Source: Mobula hypostoma (Eukaryota). From it: a stretch of DNA of 64,000 bases. The notes beneath the pieces were generated by a model. That model was not told the DNA's origin. It saw only the letters and a list, made by a program, of their open reading frames with translations, and made no database searches. The DNA is taken from assembly GCF_963921235.1 (NCBI RefSeq), contig NC_086097.1, positions 13,392,001 to 13,456,000 of the forward strand, given 5' to 3'. Made by a program: the position numbers and the translations under genes. Numbering within the stretch: the stretch's first letter is position 1; each line of letters opens with the position of its first letter. Below are positions 61,523 to 64,000 of this stretch, one piece after another.

Positions 61523-62059
61523 AAAGGAATTCATTGAGTAATTTATAGCGGTTTTATTCATTACTTACAATATTGGTTCTTGAGGTGTTAACAATTACAT
61601 CATACAGATTATAGCAATTATGCTGTGTAGCTGAGCCAATTACCCTCAAAAAGTGATAAAGTGTAATTTACAATAGAACTCATGTATTGGTTGTGGTAGG
61701 TTAACAGTGTGACATGGTAGTTACACTGTGTAGTCTGTTATAGCTAGACAGTATACATTTTTGTGATTATACTCTGGACATTCAGAAATGCTGGTAGCTA
61801 ATGATTGTTGTAATTCAGAGTTTACAGGCTTTTTTGTTGACATTGCAGTGATTGATATAAAGTTTATAGTATTTGTACTGTACAATTTAGAGTTCTTTTA
61901 CAGTGCAGTTTACAGCCATAGTTTAATGCAGGTTAAAACACAGATTAGTTTTTAGCAATTCTACTGCAACATATAGTGTAGTTTCATTCTGTGGTTAATA
62001 GCTCTGAATAGGTAGAGCTTATACTATCCTGCTTTCGAGAAGTTTATATATTAATTGGG

Positions 62060-62182
62060 GAGGGGTCTTGGCCTGAGCAATCGACTGTTTATTCATTTCC
62101 ATAGATGCTGCCTGACCTGCTGAGTTCCTCTAGCACTTTGTGTGCGTTGCTCTGGATTTCCAGATTCTGCAGATTTTCTAAT
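62060..62182 (+). mobile_element. PLE-derived tail repeat, decayed
   Basis: GGGGTCTTGGCCTGAGCAATCGACTG...ATAGATGCTGCCTGACCTGCTGAG. Confidence 0.7.
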
Positions 62183-62904
62183 GTTTATTGCATATTAATT
62201 TTACTGAATCATTACCCATGAAAACAGGGAACAATTTAAGTGGTTCTGCCTGTTCAGTTGTTCAGTTCATCATTGAAACACTGAATGGATTAAATTGATT
62301 GTAAATGATATAGGTCACTTCATAAAGGAGGTGGCAAGGTGGCAAGGTGGCATAGACCACCAGGTTCAAAGACAGTTACCTTCCCCAAGCAGTGAGGCTG
62401 ATCAACACCTCCACCCACTAACTCCATCTCGCTGACACTACTTTATCATTCCCTGTCAGTCACCCGATGGACAGACATTCCTGTATCTGGTATCACTTCA
62501 TGGACAATCCGTTGATGTATATAAGCTATTTTCTGTATTTATTGCATTTTTAAAATTATTATTATTGTGTTCTTTTTCTGATTGTGATATTGTGTTCCAT
62601 CAGACCATTATTTTGTTCTCCTTTCCCCTTGAGCGCTGGAAATGGCATTAAAAAATCTTGGAAGCTTAAAATCTTTTTAAAGACAATACCAAAGACAATA
62701 CTTCTACCAATATCTTACAGTGGTCACACTGCAAAATGGACATAGGTGTACTGTGATGTTAATGCTGGTCTATAATGTAACTTGTTGAGATTTTTCTGTG
62801 TTATTTATAATAGTTGTAAAGGTTGGTTTGTAGCATTGTTCTGTACATGTTATGATGTTTGTCCCAAGCAGTTTACAATGATTGTGTTATCTATTTATTC
62901 ATTA

Positions 62905-63145
62905 TTTACTGAGATACAACATGGAACAAGTCCTTCTGGCCTTTGAGCTGCACCACCCAACAACGCCCCACCCCCTGCCTAATCACAGGAATGACCAACT
63001 AACCTACCAATTAACTGTGGGAGGAAACTAGAACACCAGGAGGAAATCCATGCGGTCACAGAGAGAATGTACCATATCCTTACGGACAGCGTTGGGGATT
63101 GAACCCAAGTCACAGGTGCTGTAAAGCACTGTGCTGACCACACCG
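62905..63145 (-). mobile_element. V-SINE-like element
   Basis: TGTGGGAGGAAACTAGAACACCAGGAGGAAATCC and a reverse B box GGATTGAACCC. Confidence 0.7.
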
Positions 63146-63309
63146 ACTATGGCGTGTCATTTATTATGCCTGTATCATGCCACCATTGAAGACTTTAGAT
63201 AAGTAGGTAAAAGCCTTAGATAATTTGACAGTATTGATGAGGAGAGGTTGTTCTCCCTGGCTGGAAAGTATAGAACAAGCAGTGGAAGAGTTAGGATGTG
63301 GGCAGAATC

Positions 63310-63795
63310 TCAAAGTTCAAAAGTTCGAAGTAAATTTATTATCCAAGTGCATACAGTATATGTCACTATATGCAACCCTGTAATTCATTTTCTTGTGGGT
63401 ATTCACAGTAAATACAAAAGACACAGCAGTCAATGAAGGACCACATCCATCAGAACAAACAACCAATTTGCAAAAGACAAAAAACTATGCAAATACAAAA
63501 AATAGAAACTTTAATTATGAAGAACATGAGACGCAGAATCCTTGACAGTGAGTCCATAGCGTCTGGGAACTGTTCTTGGGCTGAGTGAGGTTATCCTCAC
63601 TGGCTGAAGAACCTGATGGTTGAGGGGTAATGACTGTTCCGAACCTATTGGTGTGCGTTCAAAGGCTCTTCTACCTCCTTCCTGATGGCAGCAGCAAGAA
63701 GAGAGCATGGCCTGGACGATGGAGGTTCTTGAGAAAGCACGTTGCTTTCCTGCGAAAGCGCTCCGTGTAGATATGTGCAATGGTGGGGAGGGAAT
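63310..63795 (-). mobile_element. Rex1/Babar-like 3' end
   Basis: Reverse-complement homologue of 36700-37490. Confidence 0.7.
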
Positions 63796-64000
63796 CTCAG
63801 GATAAGAATTCACCTATTTAGGATGGAGAGGCAAAGAAAATCTTTCAGTAGAGACTGCGTGTACCTTTGATATTCCCTAGTAGTGGACTGCTTCAGTATA
63901 AAATTAAAAGCTATTTCAAATCAATTTGACTGGAGCAAATGTAAACCCCACCTGGATTTGAGGGATTATACACTATCTTTTTCAACACTTAGTCAGAGCC

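Overview
Repeat-dense vertebrate nuclear DNA. The repeat mix (CR1/HER1-type LINEs, V-SINE-like SINEs, Rex1/Babar, RTE, Penelope-like elements) suggests a cartilaginous fish, probably a ray; this is inference. No host protein-coding gene is recognisable. Every interpretable ORF is a transposon fragment. The most notable system is a young Penelope-like element (PLE) family with a GIY-YIG endonuclease and a minimal type I hammerhead ribozyme near its 3' end. Two insertions (44872-46013, 50990-52440) have both 3' tails pointing outward between perfect 13-14 bp target-site duplications (TSDs), and about a dozen short ribozyme-bearing tail fragments are scattered through the window. Also present: an LTR with a perfect tRNA-Pro primer-binding site, a hAT relic with terminal inverted repeats (TIRs) and an 8-bp TSD, mariner/Tc1 relics and tiny MITEs, a three-copy CpG-rich non-autonomous element starting with a YY1 motif, a HERO-like LINE tail, and two minisatellites. 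Boundaries were read by eye and are approximate unless a TSD or TIR is quoted.
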